A stretch of 64,000 bases of DNA, taken from an uncultured Gammaproteobacteria bacterium (GTDB lineage: Bacteria > Pseudomonadota > Gammaproteobacteria > JABDGN01). Below the pieces are notes generated by a model that was not told the DNA's origin, did not search any database, and was given only the letters and a program-made list of their open reading frames with translations. Position numbers and translations under genes: made by a program. Location: the NCBI GenBank assembly GCA_963975985.1, contig CAXBIY010000001.1:179020-243019 (forward strand), written 5' to 3'. Below, one piece after another: positions 42,084 through 53,114 of this stretch (position 1 is the first letter of the stretch; each line of letters starts with the position of its first letter).

Positions 42084-42821
42084 TCATTTAGCCGAAATAT
42101 ATTTCTCACGTCGCACACTGCGCGAGCCAAATCCCATGTCTTGCAGCATCGCAAAACTATCATCAATCATATTAGGATTACCGCAGAGGTAAAATACATC
42201 AGTGTCGGGATCCAGATTTAAACCTTCATAAGCTGACTGCACATAACCTTTAAATTGATGCGGTGCGATAAGATTTTCTTCGCGGCTCAAATAAGCACGA
42301 AATTCAAAACGATCATGTTGTTCGGCAAAGGCAATAAAGTCATCAGCATATAATAAATCAGCCGCGTATTGCACACCGAGTAACACGGTAAATTTAAGCT
42401 GACTATTCTGCTGCAAACGTTCCGCAATGCTAGGCAACATAGAGCGATAGGGCGACACACCCGTGCCGGTGGCGACTAAAATAATATGCGATACGTCTTC
42501 ATCTTTTAACACTAATCGGCCAAAGGGCCCAGAGCAAGGCATCACGTCGCCTGGTTGAGCATTAAAAAATTTGTCAGTCGCAAAGCCACCTTCAACCGGT
42601 GACACCGCAATTTCTAACTCATCGGTTTGCCCTGGAATATTCGCTAAACTGTAACTGCGTCGCACCAATTTACCCTCATCATTTTCAAACATAAACGTAA
42701 TGAACTGCCCGGGAATATACGCAAGCGTTTCGCCATCAGGGCGAGTAAAAGCTAGATGCATCACACTGGGGGTGATCATTTTAGTCCATTGGAGTTGTAC
42801 GTCGAAAGTGTTGATTGCCAT
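42084..42821 (-). CDS. fpr: Ferredoxin/flavodoxin--NADP+ reductase
   Basis: RRSYSLAN FAD motif, GTGVSPY NADP motif, 245 aa. Confidence 0.8.
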   Translation of the reverse strand: MAINTFDVQLQWTKMITPSVMHLAFTRPDGETLAYIPGQFITFMFENDEGKLVRRSYSLANIPGQTDELEIAVSPVEGGFATDKFFNAQPGDVMPCSGPFGRLVLKDEDVSHIILVATGTGVSPYRSMLPSIAERLQQNSQLKFTVLLGVQYAADLLYADDFIAFAEQHDRFEFRAYLSREENLIAPHQFKGYVQSAYEGLNLDPDTDVFYLCGNPNMIDDSFAMLQDMGFGSRSVRREKYISAK

Positions 42822-42859
42822 GTTGTGTACCTTGGGTTTTGTAGGTTGAAGTTTTTTTA

Positions 42860-42890
42860 TAAAAGGTCTTAGGGGGTAGGGCTTAGGTTT
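42860..42890. repeat. Heptamer repeats CTTAGGGGGTAGGGCTTAGGTTTTAG
   Basis: Inverted partner of the 42063-42083 block on the other side of fpr. Confidence 0.55.
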
Positions 42891-42984
42891 TAGATTATTT
42901 TGCCGCCGCGTAAGCGCGTCAGTTATTTAAAATATTTTTTAATAACTTGGCAGTCAGCATTCTACGTTCCAAACTGCCCTAAGC

Positions 42985-43614
42985 CTATATCCAAGCCGGG
43001 AACATTGATGCTAAGCCATTATGAATCATGGAAACAGCAATTGCTGCTAACACTAATCCCATTACGCGAGTCGCGATTTTAATGCCAGCTGGCCCGACCC
43101 ATTTACCAATGTTGGCGGCAAAAAATAATGCGCCAAACAATATGGCTGCGGGAATAGCCGCAAGAAGCGATAAAATAATTTTATCACTAAAAAGCGCATG
43201 TTTGCTCGTTACGACAATTAGCATACTAATCGCACCAGGGCCGGCAATTAATGGGATCGCCATCGGGATAATCGCAACCGATTCACGCAGTTTTGCTTGC
43301 TCATGTTCTTCATTGGAGTGCTGCGACTGCGGCATTTGGCCATGTAGCATGTTTAAACCAATCATAAAGACAATAATGCCGCCGGCCACTTGAAAGTCCG
43401 ACACTTTAATGCCGAATGCATGTAATAAAGGCTGTCCTATCCAAATCGAAATGGTGAAAATCACGACAATGGCAATACCTGTGGTAATAGCCGTTTTTCG
43501 CTGCTCTTTCAAATCCCGATCAGCTGTTAAGCCTAAAAAGATAGGAATCGCGCCCAATGGATTCATGATGGCCAATAAGGCGATGATAAAATTAAGATAT
43601 TCGTTCCAGTGCAT
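42985..43614 (-). CDS. marC: MarC-family (UPF0056) membrane protein
   Basis: Six TM helices, conserved NPLG motif, 209 aa. Confidence 0.75.
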   Translation of the reverse strand: MHWNEYLNFIIALLAIMNPLGAIPIFLGLTADRDLKEQRKTAITTGIAIVVIFTISIWIGQPLLHAFGIKVSDFQVAGGIIVFMIGLNMLHGQMPQSQHSNEEHEQAKLRESVAIIPMAIPLIAGPGAISMLIVVTSKHALFSDKIILSLLAAIPAAILFGALFFAANIGKWVGPAGIKIATRVMGLVLAAIAVSMIHNGLASMFPAWI

Positions 43615-43726
43615 GATATTAAACCTTAAATTGCGTATAATTGGTGTTTGCAGGGCTTAGGCAGAATGTGACAAGTTAGCTTGTATTTTGCCTAAGTCCT
43701 GACTATTTTAACGAGAAAAGTTAGCT

Positions 43727-44857
43727 ATGCCTATAGAAAAGTTATTTACTTCAGAATCGGTCTCAGAAGGCCATCCTGACAAAATCGCCGATCAGATTTC
43801 TGATGCGGTGCTGGATGCTATTTTAGCGAAAGATCCCAGTGCGCGTGTCGCCTGTGAGACCTTCGTTAAAACCGGCATGGTCTTAGTTGGCGGTGAAATC
43901 ACCACCAATGCGTGGGCCGATGTCGAAGATGTTGCCCGCCAAACCATCAAAGACATCGGTTATACGCACTCAGATTTAGGTTTTGACTACGAATCATGCT
44001 CCGTCGTCTCAGCGATTGGCAAACAATCAGCTGATATTGCCAGAGGCGTGGACGGTAAAGACCAAGGCGCCGGAGACCAAGGCTTAATGTTTGGTTACGC
44101 CTGTAATGAAACCGAAGTACTCATGCCCGCACCAATCACCTATGCGCACCGCTTAATGCAACGCCAAGCCTTATTACGCAAAAACGGTGCGTTGCCATGG
44201 TTGCGTCCCGATGCCAAAAGCCAAATCACCTTTCGTTATATCGATGGCAAGCCTGTTGGTATTGATACCGTGGTGTTATCGACACAACACAGTGAAGACA
44301 TTTCGCAAGCCGATTTAATCGAAGCCGTGCGTGAAGAAATTATTAAACCGGTGTTACCCGAACACTATATCGATGACAAAACCCGTTTCATGATCAATCC
44401 AACCGGACGTTTCGTCGTAGGCGGCCCATTAGGCGATTGTGGTTTAACCGGCCGTAAAATCATTGTCGATACGTACGGTGGCATGGCGCGCCACGGTGGT
44501 GGTTGTTTTTCCGGTAAAGATGCCACTAAAGTCGATCGTTCTGCGGCCTATGCCGCACGATACGTTGCAAAAAACATTGTTGCCGCAGGCCTTGCTGACA
44601 AATGTGAGCTACAGCTTTCCTACGCGATTGGCGTCGCTGAACCGACATCAATTAGCATTGAAACTTTTGGTACGGGTAAGTTATCAGAAGATGAAATCAT
44701 AAAAGTGGTACGTGAAAATTTTGACTTACGACCACGCGGCATTATCGATATGCTAGATTTAAATCGCCCGATTTATAAATCTACCGCTAGCTACGGCCAC
44801 TTCGGCCGTGAAGAAGAAAACTTCACCTGGGAAAAAATCATAAAACTAAAAATTTAA
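43727..44857 (+). CDS. metK: S-adenosylmethionine synthetase
   Basis: [21 protein letters not shown] and GGGAFSGKD-like motifs, 376 aa. Confidence 0.95.
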   Translation: MPIEKLFTSESVSEGHPDKIADQISDAVLDAILAKDPSARVACETFVKTGMVLVGGEITTNAWADVEDVARQTIKDIGYTHSDLGFDYESCSVVSAIGKQSADIARGVDGKDQGAGDQGLMFGYACNETEVLMPAPITYAHRLMQRQALLRKNGALPWLRPDAKSQITFRYIDGKPVGIDTVVLSTQHSEDISQADLIEAVREEIIKPVLPEHYIDDKTRFMINPTGRFVVGGPLGDCGLTGRKIIVDTYGGMARHGGGCFSGKDATKVDRSAAYAARYVAKNIVAAGLADKCELQLSYAIGVAEPTSISIETFGTGKLSEDEIIKVVRENFDLRPRGIIDMLDLNRPIYKSTASYGHFGREEENFTWEKIIKLKI

Positions 44858-44992
44858 CCCCTTCTCCCTTGGTGGGTGAGATTGTAGGGTGGATAAAAAT
44901 TCGCGCGGAGCGCGGATATATCCACCAGCGGTGGTAAATGATAGAGCTCTGGTGGATATGTATTTGCTGTCGCTCACACTCATCCACCCTAC
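44858..44992. repeat. Composite: family-3 hairpin followed by a full family-2 MITE (44884-44992)
   Basis: CCCCTTCTCCCTTGGTGGGTGAG then GTAGGGTGGATAAAAATTCGCGCGGAGCGCGGATATATCCACC...CATCCACCCTAC. Confidence 0.75.
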
Positions 44993-45099
44993 AGGGGAAT
45001 GACTCAACAATGCCCCCGGCGGGGAGACAGCCAAAAGGGCGGATCAAAAACATCCGCGAAGCGACAAACTGAATAACCTAAACAAACGAGAAACCCAAC

Positions 45100-46392
45100 A
45101 TGACCACAACAGACTACAAAATCGCCGACATCACACTAGCCGACTTCGGTCGCAAAGAAATCGCCATCGCCGAATCCGAAATGCCCGGCTTAATGGCGCT
45201 TCGCGAACGTCACGCCACCGAGCAACCCTTAAAAAACGCAAGAATCGCCGGTTGCTTACATATGACCATCCAAACCGCCGTGTTAATTGAAACTTTAACC
45301 GCATTAGGTGCTGAAGTCCGTTGGTCATCATGTAATATATTCTCCACGCAAGATCATGCAGCCGCTGCCATTGCCGCTAGTGGTGTGCCCGTGTTCGCAT
45401 GGAAAGGCGAAACAGAAGAAGAATACCAATGGTGCATCGAACAAACGATTCATGGTGTGAATGGTTGGACGCCGAATATGATTTTAGATGACGGTGGTGA
45501 TTTAACCGTATTGATTCATGAAAAATATCCTGAACTCTTTAATGACATTCGCGGCATCACAGAAGAAACCACAACCGGCGTGCATCGCTTGTATCACATG
45601 GCCGATAAAAATGAATTATTAGCCCCAGCCATGAACGTGAATGATTCTGTTACCAAATCGAAGTTCGATAATTTATACGGTATTCGTGAATCTGTCATGG
45701 ATGGCTTGAAACGCGCAACCGATGTCATGGTCGCCGGTAAAACCGCAGTTATTTTAGGTTATGGTGATGTTGGTAAAGGTGCTGCGCAAGCATTCCGTGG
45801 TCTAGGCGCTAATATTTGCGTCACTGAAATCGATCCTATTTGTGCATTACAAGCGGCAATGGAAGGCTATCGTGTCATGACTATGGAAGAAGCCGCTAGC
45901 CAAGGCGATATTTTTGTCACCACAACCGGCAACAAAGATGTGATCACGCATGACCATATGGCCGCCATGAAAGACCAAGCTATTGTTTTGAATGTCGGAC
46001 ATTTTGATAATGAAATCGATGTCGCCTCACTGCGCCAATACGAGTGGGAAAATATCAAACCACAAGTCGATCACATTATATTCCCTGATGGTAAACGTAT
46101 TACCTTATTAGCCGAAGGACGTTTAGCCAACCTAGGCTGTGCGACCGGTCATCCTAGTTTTGTGATGTCCAACTCATTCACCAACCAAGTCATCGCACAA
46201 ATAGAATTATGGTTACACGCCGAAAATTATGAAAACCAAGTGTACATGCTACCGAAAAAATTGGATGAAGACGTTGCAAGATTACACCTAGATAAACTCG
46301 GTGTGAAATTAACTACGCTTAGCCAATCACAAGCGGACTACCTAAGCATTCCCAAAGAAGGGCCCTACAAACCCGATTATTATCGATATTGA
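45100..46392 (+). CDS. ahcY: Adenosylhomocysteinase
   Basis: NAD-binding GYGDVGKG motif, 430 aa. Confidence 0.95.
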   Translation: MTTTDYKIADITLADFGRKEIAIAESEMPGLMALRERHATEQPLKNARIAGCLHMTIQTAVLIETLTALGAEVRWSSCNIFSTQDHAAAAIAASGVPVFAWKGETEEEYQWCIEQTIHGVNGWTPNMILDDGGDLTVLIHEKYPELFNDIRGITEETTTGVHRLYHMADKNELLAPAMNVNDSVTKSKFDNLYGIRESVMDGLKRATDVMVAGKTAVILGYGDVGKGAAQAFRGLGANICVTEIDPICALQAAMEGYRVMTMEEAASQGDIFVTTTGNKDVITHDHMAAMKDQAIVLNVGHFDNEIDVASLRQYEWENIKPQVDHIIFPDGKRITLLAEGRLANLGCATGHPSFVMSNSFTNQVIAQIELWLHAENYENQVYMLPKKLDEDVARLHLDKLGVKLTTLSQSQADYLSIPKEGPYKPDYYRY

Positions 46393-46512
46393 GGATTAGG
46401 ATTGAGGATTGAGGATTTAGAGGGCGTTGAGTCGCTTCGCGATTTTTAATATTAAATTAATCATCACGTAGCGATTCTTTAGTCCCTCAATCCTCAATCC
46501 TCAATCCTCAAA
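46393..46512. repeat. Inverted arrays of the TTGAGGA heptamer (GAGGATTGAGGATTGAGGA ... TCCTCAATCCTCAATCCTC) around a ~55-bp core
   Basis: 19-bp perfect inverted repeat; could form a long hairpin between ahcY and rsmE. Confidence 0.8.
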
Positions 46513-46516
46513 TATT

Positions 46517-47245
46517 ATGCGACAATCCAGAATCTACCACCCACACCCCCTCACGCCCAACACCAGCATCGTCTTAACCGACAGTGCCGCAAACTATCTC
46601 GCCAACGTGCTACGTCTAAAACCCGGTGCCGAACTCATTCTTTTCAACGGCCAAGGCGGTGAGTACAGCGCCGAAGTTACCAGCGTTAACAAACGCAAAG
46701 TCGAAGTCACTCTCCATCAATACATTGAAAAAAACATCGAGTCGCCTTTAGCATTACATCTAGGCCAAGGTATCTCTCGCGGTGAGCGCATGGATATCGT
46801 CATCCAAAAAGCCACAGAACTTGGTGTCACCGAAATCACACCTCTCATTACCGAACGTTGTAACGTCAAACTCACCGAGGAGCGTTGGCAAAAACGCTGG
46901 CTACATTGGCAAGGCATCGCCATTAGCGCCTGTGAGCAATGCGGCCGTACCGTTCTGCCCGTTATTCACCAACCCATGCCATTATCCGATTGGTTAGCAC
47001 AAGCCGACCAGCCCCCCGGTATCGTGCTGGACCATAGGGCTCAAGCCACATTAAAAGACATCAAGCTCGAAAGTTCAGCCTTACGCCTGTTAATCGGCCC
47101 AGAAGGTGGTTTAACCGAAGCTGAAATAACAATCGCTACCCAACAGGCCTTCAACACGGTAAAATTAGGCCCACGCGTTCTGCGCACAGAAACCGCCGCC
47201 ATCACAGCACTCAGCCTGCTACAGTATGGCTGGGGTGATATTTAG
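46517..47245 (+). CDS. rsmE: 16S rRNA m3U1498 methyltransferase RsmE
   Basis: PUA-like N-terminal domain, SPOUT C-terminal motif LIGPEGG, 242 aa. Confidence 0.85.
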   Translation: MRQSRIYHPHPLTPNTSIVLTDSAANYLANVLRLKPGAELILFNGQGGEYSAEVTSVNKRKVEVTLHQYIEKNIESPLALHLGQGISRGERMDIVIQKATELGVTEITPLITERCNVKLTEERWQKRWLHWQGIAISACEQCGRTVLPVIHQPMPLSDWLAQADQPPGIVLDHRAQATLKDIKLESSALRLLIGPEGGLTEAEITIATQQAFNTVKLGPRVLRTETAAITALSLLQYGWGDI

Positions 47246-47253
47246 GGAAGAGT

Positions 47254-48543
47254 ATGTTGCAAAAATTGTATCAAGCATTAGCTATTCGAACGAGAAATTC
47301 TAGCAATCAAATTATACCGTTAGGTGTGATTGGGTTTTTTGGCTTTCCTGTTTATTATATCATTTGGCATTTTTGGTTTCCTCAGGCGTATGAAAGTTTA
47401 CCTTTGCGGTTATTCGGTAGCTTTATTTGTTTATTACTAGTTTTTAAAAATCAATGGCCCTCTTCTCTGAAAAAAGCATTACCGGTTTATTGGTACTTTG
47501 TATTGCTGTATAGCTTACCATTCTTCTTTACTTATCTTTTGTTGAAAAATCATTTCTCTGATGTGTGGATAATGTCAGAAATGGCGGCACTTTTCATGTT
47601 GATATTATTAGTCGATTGGTTGAGCTTAACGCTAATGACGACGATAGGTGCTGTTGTGGCCTTTGCTATTTTCTTTGTGCAACAAGACTCATTGGTTATA
47701 CCTAGAGATGGTGGCGCTTATTTGTTTGTGTTCTTATTCGTGGTGGTTGTCGGAGCTGCATTGACCCGGCAGAAAGAAAGTGCTGAGAAGCAGAAGCTAG
47801 AAGGCATGGCGGCGGTTACTAGTAATGTTGCTCATGAAGTCAGAACGCCATTGCTTGGTATTAAAAGTGGCACGGCAGGTTTGAAGAATTATATCCCATT
47901 GTTGTATGAAGGATATCTAGCTGCTAAAGATCATGGTTTACCTGTGCCGGTGATTCGAACTTCACATTTTAATGATATTTTACCTGCTATCGATCGCATT
48001 CAAAAAGAAGTGGACTATGCCAACACCATTATTGATGTGTTGCTGCTGAATATTAAACGCGAGCCTGAAAAATTAAAACATTTTAAAGTGTGTTCGATGC
48101 GTCATTGTATTGATGAGACAATGGGGCGTTATCCTTTCACCTCTACGGAAAGTGTTGAGTTGATTCACTGGGATAAGCATGATGACTTTGAGTTTTATGG
48201 CTCAGATGTGCTGCTTATTCATGTGTTATTTAATCTGATTAAAAACGCATTGTACTATATTGCGGAAGTTAACAAGGGATATATCGAATTATGGTATAGC
48301 GAGGAAACGCGGTATAATGTATTGCATTTCAAAGACACAAGTAAAGGGATATCAGTTCAAGACTTACCTTTATTATTCGAGCGTTTTTTCACAACCAGCA
48401 AGGTTGGTACCGGTATTGGGTTATCCTTCTGTCGGAAAGTGGTGGAAAGTTTTGGTGGCAAAATCACTTGTCAATCAGTGTTTGGTGAGTACACGGAATT
48501 TCTCATTCACTTGCCTAAAGTAGACGGCGACAAACGGAGTTAA
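47254..48543 (+). CDS. lqsS: Six-TM sensor histidine kinase of the CqsS/LqsS type (no receiver domain)
   Basis: Six N-terminal TM helices, H-box NVAHEVRTPL, G-box GTGIGLSFC; 429 aa; adjacent to lqsR and lqsA homologs. Confidence 0.65.
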   Translation: MLQKLYQALAIRTRNSSNQIIPLGVIGFFGFPVYYIIWHFWFPQAYESLPLRLFGSFICLLLVFKNQWPSSLKKALPVYWYFVLLYSLPFFFTYLLLKNHFSDVWIMSEMAALFMLILLVDWLSLTLMTTIGAVVAFAIFFVQQDSLVIPRDGGAYLFVFLFVVVVGAALTRQKESAEKQKLEGMAAVTSNVAHEVRTPLLGIKSGTAGLKNYIPLLYEGYLAAKDHGLPVPVIRTSHFNDILPAIDRIQKEVDYANTIIDVLLLNIKREPEKLKHFKVCSMRHCIDETMGRYPFTSTESVELIHWDKHDDFEFYGSDVLLIHVLFNLIKNALYYIAEVNKGYIELWYSEETRYNVLHFKDTSKGISVQDLPLLFERFFTTSKVGTGIGLSFCRKVVESFGGKITCQSVFGEYTEFLIHLPKVDGDKRS

Positions 48544-48544
48544 T

Positions 48545-49567
48545 ATGCAATTAAAGAACCTACCTATTTATTATTATCCCACACGTATATTTATGGTGGA
48601 TGATAACCGCGATTTCCTTATGAATTTTAGCCTGCAATTGGATCCCAGCTTAGCTTACTGCATGTTTTCTTCAGCACATGAAGCGTTGCGACAATTAAAA
48701 CAAATTAAGAATGATGATTTGATCACAAAGAAGATACTTTCTCATTACGAAGGTGCCAGTGATGATCCATTATCGCAACAATCATTCACGCTGAATTTGA
48801 ACGCTATTCAGAATGAAGTGTATAACAAAAATCGCTTTAATGAAGTTGGTGTTGTGTTGGTTGATTATGATATGCCTGGTATTAACGGTGTTGAATTTTG
48901 CCAACAAATAAAGAATATCCCGGTGAAGAAAATCATGTTGACGGGAAAAGCCGATGAGAAACTTGCGATTGATGCCTTTAATAAGGGGCTTATCGATGCT
49001 TTTGTTCAAAAGCAATCAAGTGATATTATTACATCAATTAACGATAATATTGCTGCGCTACAATATGATTATTTTCAGAATGTCTCGAAGTTAATCACTA
49101 AATTACTTGCGATGGATAATACAACATTTATTAACGATACGGCTTTTATTGAATTCTTTGTTTGCCTGTGTAAGGAAAAAAAGATAGTTGAATATTATTT
49201 GATTGACATAACGGGAAGTTTCTTAATGTTAGATGCGGATGCCAAGCCATCATTTTTGACAGTGAAATTATATGATGATCTGGAGTTACATTATGAGCTT
49301 GCTCAAAATGCTAAAGCGGAAGAAGCCGTATTAGACGATATTCGTAGTGGTAATAAAATTCCTTTTGCGCTACAAACCAAAGATTACTATGGTTACGATG
49401 CTAGTGATTGGAAGAAAAATCTTTATCATGCTGAAGAGCTAAAAGGTGAAAATACCTATTATTATGCTTATATTACAGCGGATATTGGATATAACAATGA
49501 AGCACAGCCAATAGCGAGTTATCATCAATACTTAGAGAAGCTAGATAACGCGAACAGCGCAGATTAA
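48545..49567 (+). CDS. lqsR: Atypical response regulator of the LqsR type (receiver around D107/D109 plus an uncharacterised ~200-aa output domain)
   Basis: RIFMVDDN and VVLVDYDMPGINGVEF receiver motifs; no DNA-binding domain; 340 aa. Confidence 0.6.
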   Translation: MQLKNLPIYYYPTRIFMVDDNRDFLMNFSLQLDPSLAYCMFSSAHEALRQLKQIKNDDLITKKILSHYEGASDDPLSQQSFTLNLNAIQNEVYNKNRFNEVGVVLVDYDMPGINGVEFCQQIKNIPVKKIMLTGKADEKLAIDAFNKGLIDAFVQKQSSDIITSINDNIAALQYDYFQNVSKLITKLLAMDNTTFINDTAFIEFFVCLCKEKKIVEYYLIDITGSFLMLDADAKPSFLTVKLYDDLELHYELAQNAKAEEAVLDDIRSGNKIPFALQTKDYYGYDASDWKKNLYHAEELKGENTYYYAYITADIGYNNEAQPIASYHQYLEKLDNANSAD

Positions 49568-49568
49568 T

Positions 49569-50918
49569 TTAAATCGCTTGTTTAAGAATAGTGTCAGTTG
49601 TTCTCTGAGCGTGTGATCGTTTCTTACGTGGAAATGGAATGATATTATCAAACACAGGTTGTTTGTGTAAACGTTTTGTTGAATTCCAATTATCCATGCC
49701 GACTTGCTCGCGAATCACATCACAAATGACGGACATTCGCTCAAGAGCCGGTTTTGTCATGGCAGCATTCATGCAGAATCTAACGAGCGACCGTTTAACT
49801 GCTGTCGCTGGCGCGCAAAATACTGAACCCATTACACCCCGTGATTGCAAAGCATCACGTAGGATAATCGTGTTTTGCTCACTGCCGGCCTCTAAAGAAA
49901 TAATTTGTGACTGACTGTCGGTTACGTTATAACCTAAATTTAATAATTTCCCGCGTAAAAAATCAGCATTGTCATGCAAACATTGTCGCCTTTCATCTGC
50001 ACTTTGAATAACATTCAACGCTGCTTGATACCCTGCAACTTCATAGGGCAAAACAGCAGTACTAAAGATAGCCGGTAACGATTCAAAGATGAGGTATTCA
50101 CGGTTGCGAGCAGAGCAAGTAATAATACCTCCTCGAGAAGCAAATGCTTTTGCTAAACTGGCTGTTATAAAATGAACTTTATCGGTTAAGTTTAATTCAG
50201 CAACCAAGCCGGAACCATTGGGTCCGTGCGTGCCTAATGAATGTGATTCATCAACAACAAGTACGCATTCGTATTTTTCAGCAATAGTAGCAATAATAGC
50301 AAGCGGACAGAGGCTGCCATTGGTACTGTAAATTGAGTCAACAACAATAACACCAGGGCCGTGTTGTTTAATTTGACGTATTAAATGTTCTGCATCATTA
50401 TGTCGGAATCTAACCGCATCAGCATTAGCTGATTTAATCCCTTCCCATAATGACATATGTGCGATGGCATCGATATAAACCGGTGTGTGTTCATCAGCAA
50501 TGGATTGAATCAATCCAACATTGGCGACATAGCCTGATTGGCAAATTAAGGCATCTTCCATATTGAGATGTTGCGCCATAGCGAGTTCAAACTGACGATG
50601 AGGATTATCTTCGCCCTTAAGGAAAATGGCTGACATTAACAAATCATTAGATTGCTCTTTTATGGCATTAATTTTCGCGTCACTAATAACAGAGTGGTTG
50701 GCAATGGATAGATAATCATTATGATCCAAATTAATAGGGTAGGGATGGCTAGCATGCGCATGTTGCCCACGCATAATGTGACCACCGTGCCAATTTTGCG
50801 TCACCCGTTCTGAATAAAAATGTTGGACACGCTCGCGTAAAAACTTCGGCTCTCTAGGACCTTTATATTGGCTGTAATCCTTACACTGTTCCCATGATGA
50901 GGGGGGTACACAAACCAT
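49569..50918 (-). CDS. lqsA: CqsA/LqsA-family PLP-dependent alpha-oxoamine synthase (alpha-hydroxyketone autoinducer synthase)
   Basis: YIDAIAHMSLWEG, HGPGVIVVDSIYST, VDESHSLGTHGPNGSGL and TASLAKAF (PLP lysine) collinear with V. cholerae CqsA; start uncertain (M1 vs M49). Confidence 0.85.
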   Translation of the reverse strand: MVCVPPSSWEQCKDYSQYKGPREPKFLRERVQHFYSERVTQNWHGGHIMRGQHAHASHPYPINLDHNDYLSIANHSVISDAKINAIKEQSNDLLMSAIFLKGEDNPHRQFELAMAQHLNMEDALICQSGYVANVGLIQSIADEHTPVYIDAIAHMSLWEGIKSANADAVRFRHNDAEHLIRQIKQHGPGVIVVDSIYSTNGSLCPLAIIATIAEKYECVLVVDESHSLGTHGPNGSGLVAELNLTDKVHFITASLAKAFASRGGIITCSARNREYLIFESLPAIFSTAVLPYEVAGYQAALNVIQSADERRQCLHDNADFLRGKLLNLGYNVTDSQSQIISLEAGSEQNTIILRDALQSRGVMGSVFCAPATAVKRSLVRFCMNAAMTKPALERMSVICDVIREQVGMDNWNSTKRLHKQPVFDNIIPFPRKKRSHAQRTTDTILKQAI

Positions 50919-51648
50919 TTTGTTGTATGTCCTTAGCCAGTTAATTTTATTGTGATTGTGTTGATGAAGTTGAATGTAGATATTAGCTTAGACCAAGAAT
51001 ACGGAAGCGCAAGCCTATTGAATGTTCGGTGGTTTGTTTGGTTATTTTGTGAGTAACCAAGGTTAAAAAAGAAGCATTAGAAATGCAGTTTATAGTTTGA
51101 TGCTTGTGATAACTGCGTTAAATTGAAATGTTTGTAGTGGACAAAGAAAAGGGACGAAAACTCGTCCCTCAAAGGGCTCAAAAAAACTAGACATAATGAA
51201 TGGTTGATAACGTTGACGGTCCTTGTCGGTGTCGTGTTCGTCCTTGAACAGTGTTTTCAGCATTCACATGGATGAGGGCGCATCATGTGTCTAATCTCAG
51301 TTCTCATAATAAACAATTTTGAGAGCGAAACAATAACCGTGAGAGATACGGTGATACAAAATTTGATCAACACGTTGCCCATAAGTTGCTCCAATTGTTT
51401 TAAATCAATCAGTTATAAATATAATGTGATGTCGCTTTAGGCTAAGTCCCGTTAACTATTTGATTTTATCGCTAGCGGCTTTGCGATATGGCTTACAAGC
51501 GAGAACTCAATAGGTTCTATTTATGGCCAATATTTGATTGAATTTCGCTCATCGCATCTGAAAAAGCCATGTCTTAAGCCGCTTGTAGCTTGCATAAGCC
51601 CGTCATAATCGTTAGTCTTAGATCAACTCAAAAAATTAATGAATTCAT

Positions 51649-53088
51649 ATGCCAACAACACAAGCACAGCCAAAAGGCTTATATGCCTTATTATTTGCCG
51701 AAGTGTGGGAGCGCTATAGCTTTTACACCATGCAAACCTTGCTTGTGCTGTACCTCATCACGCAGTTTAATTTTAATGATAACAATGCCTATGCGCTGTT
51801 TGGCGCTTTTTCTGCACTGGTTTATATCACGCCAGTCATTGGCGGTTTTCTAGCCGATCGCTTGCTGGGTTATCGACGTTGTATTTTTATTGGCAGTGGG
51901 TTTTATATTGTCGGTTATGCGGTGTTAGTGTTTTTGGGGCATCCACTTTTTTATATCGCTTTGGGTTGTATCGTCGCGGGTAATGGTTTTTTTAAAGCGA
52001 ATGTTTCTGCGTTGCTGGGTAAGCTGTATGAAGAGAATGATATTCGTCGCGAAAGCGGCTTCACTTTATTTTATATGGGCATCAATATTGGCTCATTCAT
52101 GGCAAGTATCATCAGTGCATTGTTGATGCAACGATTTGGCTGGTCTACCGCTTTTGGTGCTGCAGGTTTAGGGATGTTGCTTGGTATGGTCGTGTGTATG
52201 TACACTTTTCGTGTGTTGGGGCATCACGGCCGATCACCTAATAAAGCCTTACTATTAAAAAACTTCTTTGGTCTGCGTTACATACATTTAATTTATATCG
52301 GCACGATTGCTTGTGTTTTTATCGTAGCAGAACTCATTAAATATCCTGCGATTGCCGATCATTTATATTCAGTCTTTGGTGCGTTAGTCGTAGTGGGTTT
52401 ATTTTTATTAACGTTTCGTTACGAAGGTAAGCAACGAAAAAAATTAATCGTGTTGGTTACGTTAACCTTAATTTCTGTGATTTTTTGGGCGCTCTATGCG
52501 CAAATGTTTACATCGATTACATTGTTTACACAACGTATCGTACAACGTGAATTATGGGGCTGGACGATTCCCGCACCGATGTTTATTGGCCTAAACCCAT
52601 TCTTTATTATATTAATATCGCCCGGGTTAGCATGGCTTTGGAAATATTTGCAAATCAAACAATTGAATCCTTCTATGCCAATGAAATTTGCCGGTGGTAT
52701 TTTATTTATTTCCGTTTCATTTTTTGTCTTGAAGCTCAGCATCCTGTTCGCAGGTAATCATAAAGTGGATCCATTATGGTTGATACCCACTTATGCGTTA
52801 CAAGTGATCGGCGAGCTATCGTTATCAGCCATTGGTTTAGCGATGATTACATCGCTGGCGCCTGAAAAATTAGTGGGTGTTTTGATGGGTGCCTGGTTGC
52901 TCGCTATTGCCGCAGGTTTTGCTGTCGGCTCTGGCATTGCCAAACTTACGGCTATTCCTGCGCATGCCAGCAATTTACAAATCGCACACATCTACAGTCA
53001 TAATTTTTTATGGTTCGGTACCGTGGGTGTTGTGATTGGTTTGATTATCTTGCCTTTTGTCCCTGCTTTGAAAAAGCTGATGGCGTAA
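51649..53088 (+). CDS. Proton-dependent oligopeptide transporter (POT/PTR2 family)
   Basis: FAEVWERYSFYTMQTLLVLYL PTR2 signature; 12-14 TM helices; 479 aa. Confidence 0.85.
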   Translation: MPTTQAQPKGLYALLFAEVWERYSFYTMQTLLVLYLITQFNFNDNNAYALFGAFSALVYITPVIGGFLADRLLGYRRCIFIGSGFYIVGYAVLVFLGHPLFYIALGCIVAGNGFFKANVSALLGKLYEENDIRRESGFTLFYMGINIGSFMASIISALLMQRFGWSTAFGAAGLGMLLGMVVCMYTFRVLGHHGRSPNKALLLKNFFGLRYIHLIYIGTIACVFIVAELIKYPAIADHLYSVFGALVVVGLFLLTFRYEGKQRKKLIVLVTLTLISVIFWALYAQMFTSITLFTQRIVQRELWGWTIPAPMFIGLNPFFIILISPGLAWLWKYLQIKQLNPSMPMKFAGGILFISVSFFVLKLSILFAGNHKVDPLWLIPTYALQVIGELSLSAIGLAMITSLAPEKLVGVLMGAWLLAIAAGFAVGSGIAKLTAIPAHASNLQIAHIYSHNFLWFGTVGVVIGLIILPFVPALKKLMA

Positions 53089-53114
53089 TGGGTTGTATCG
53101 CTTCATCGGCTTAT

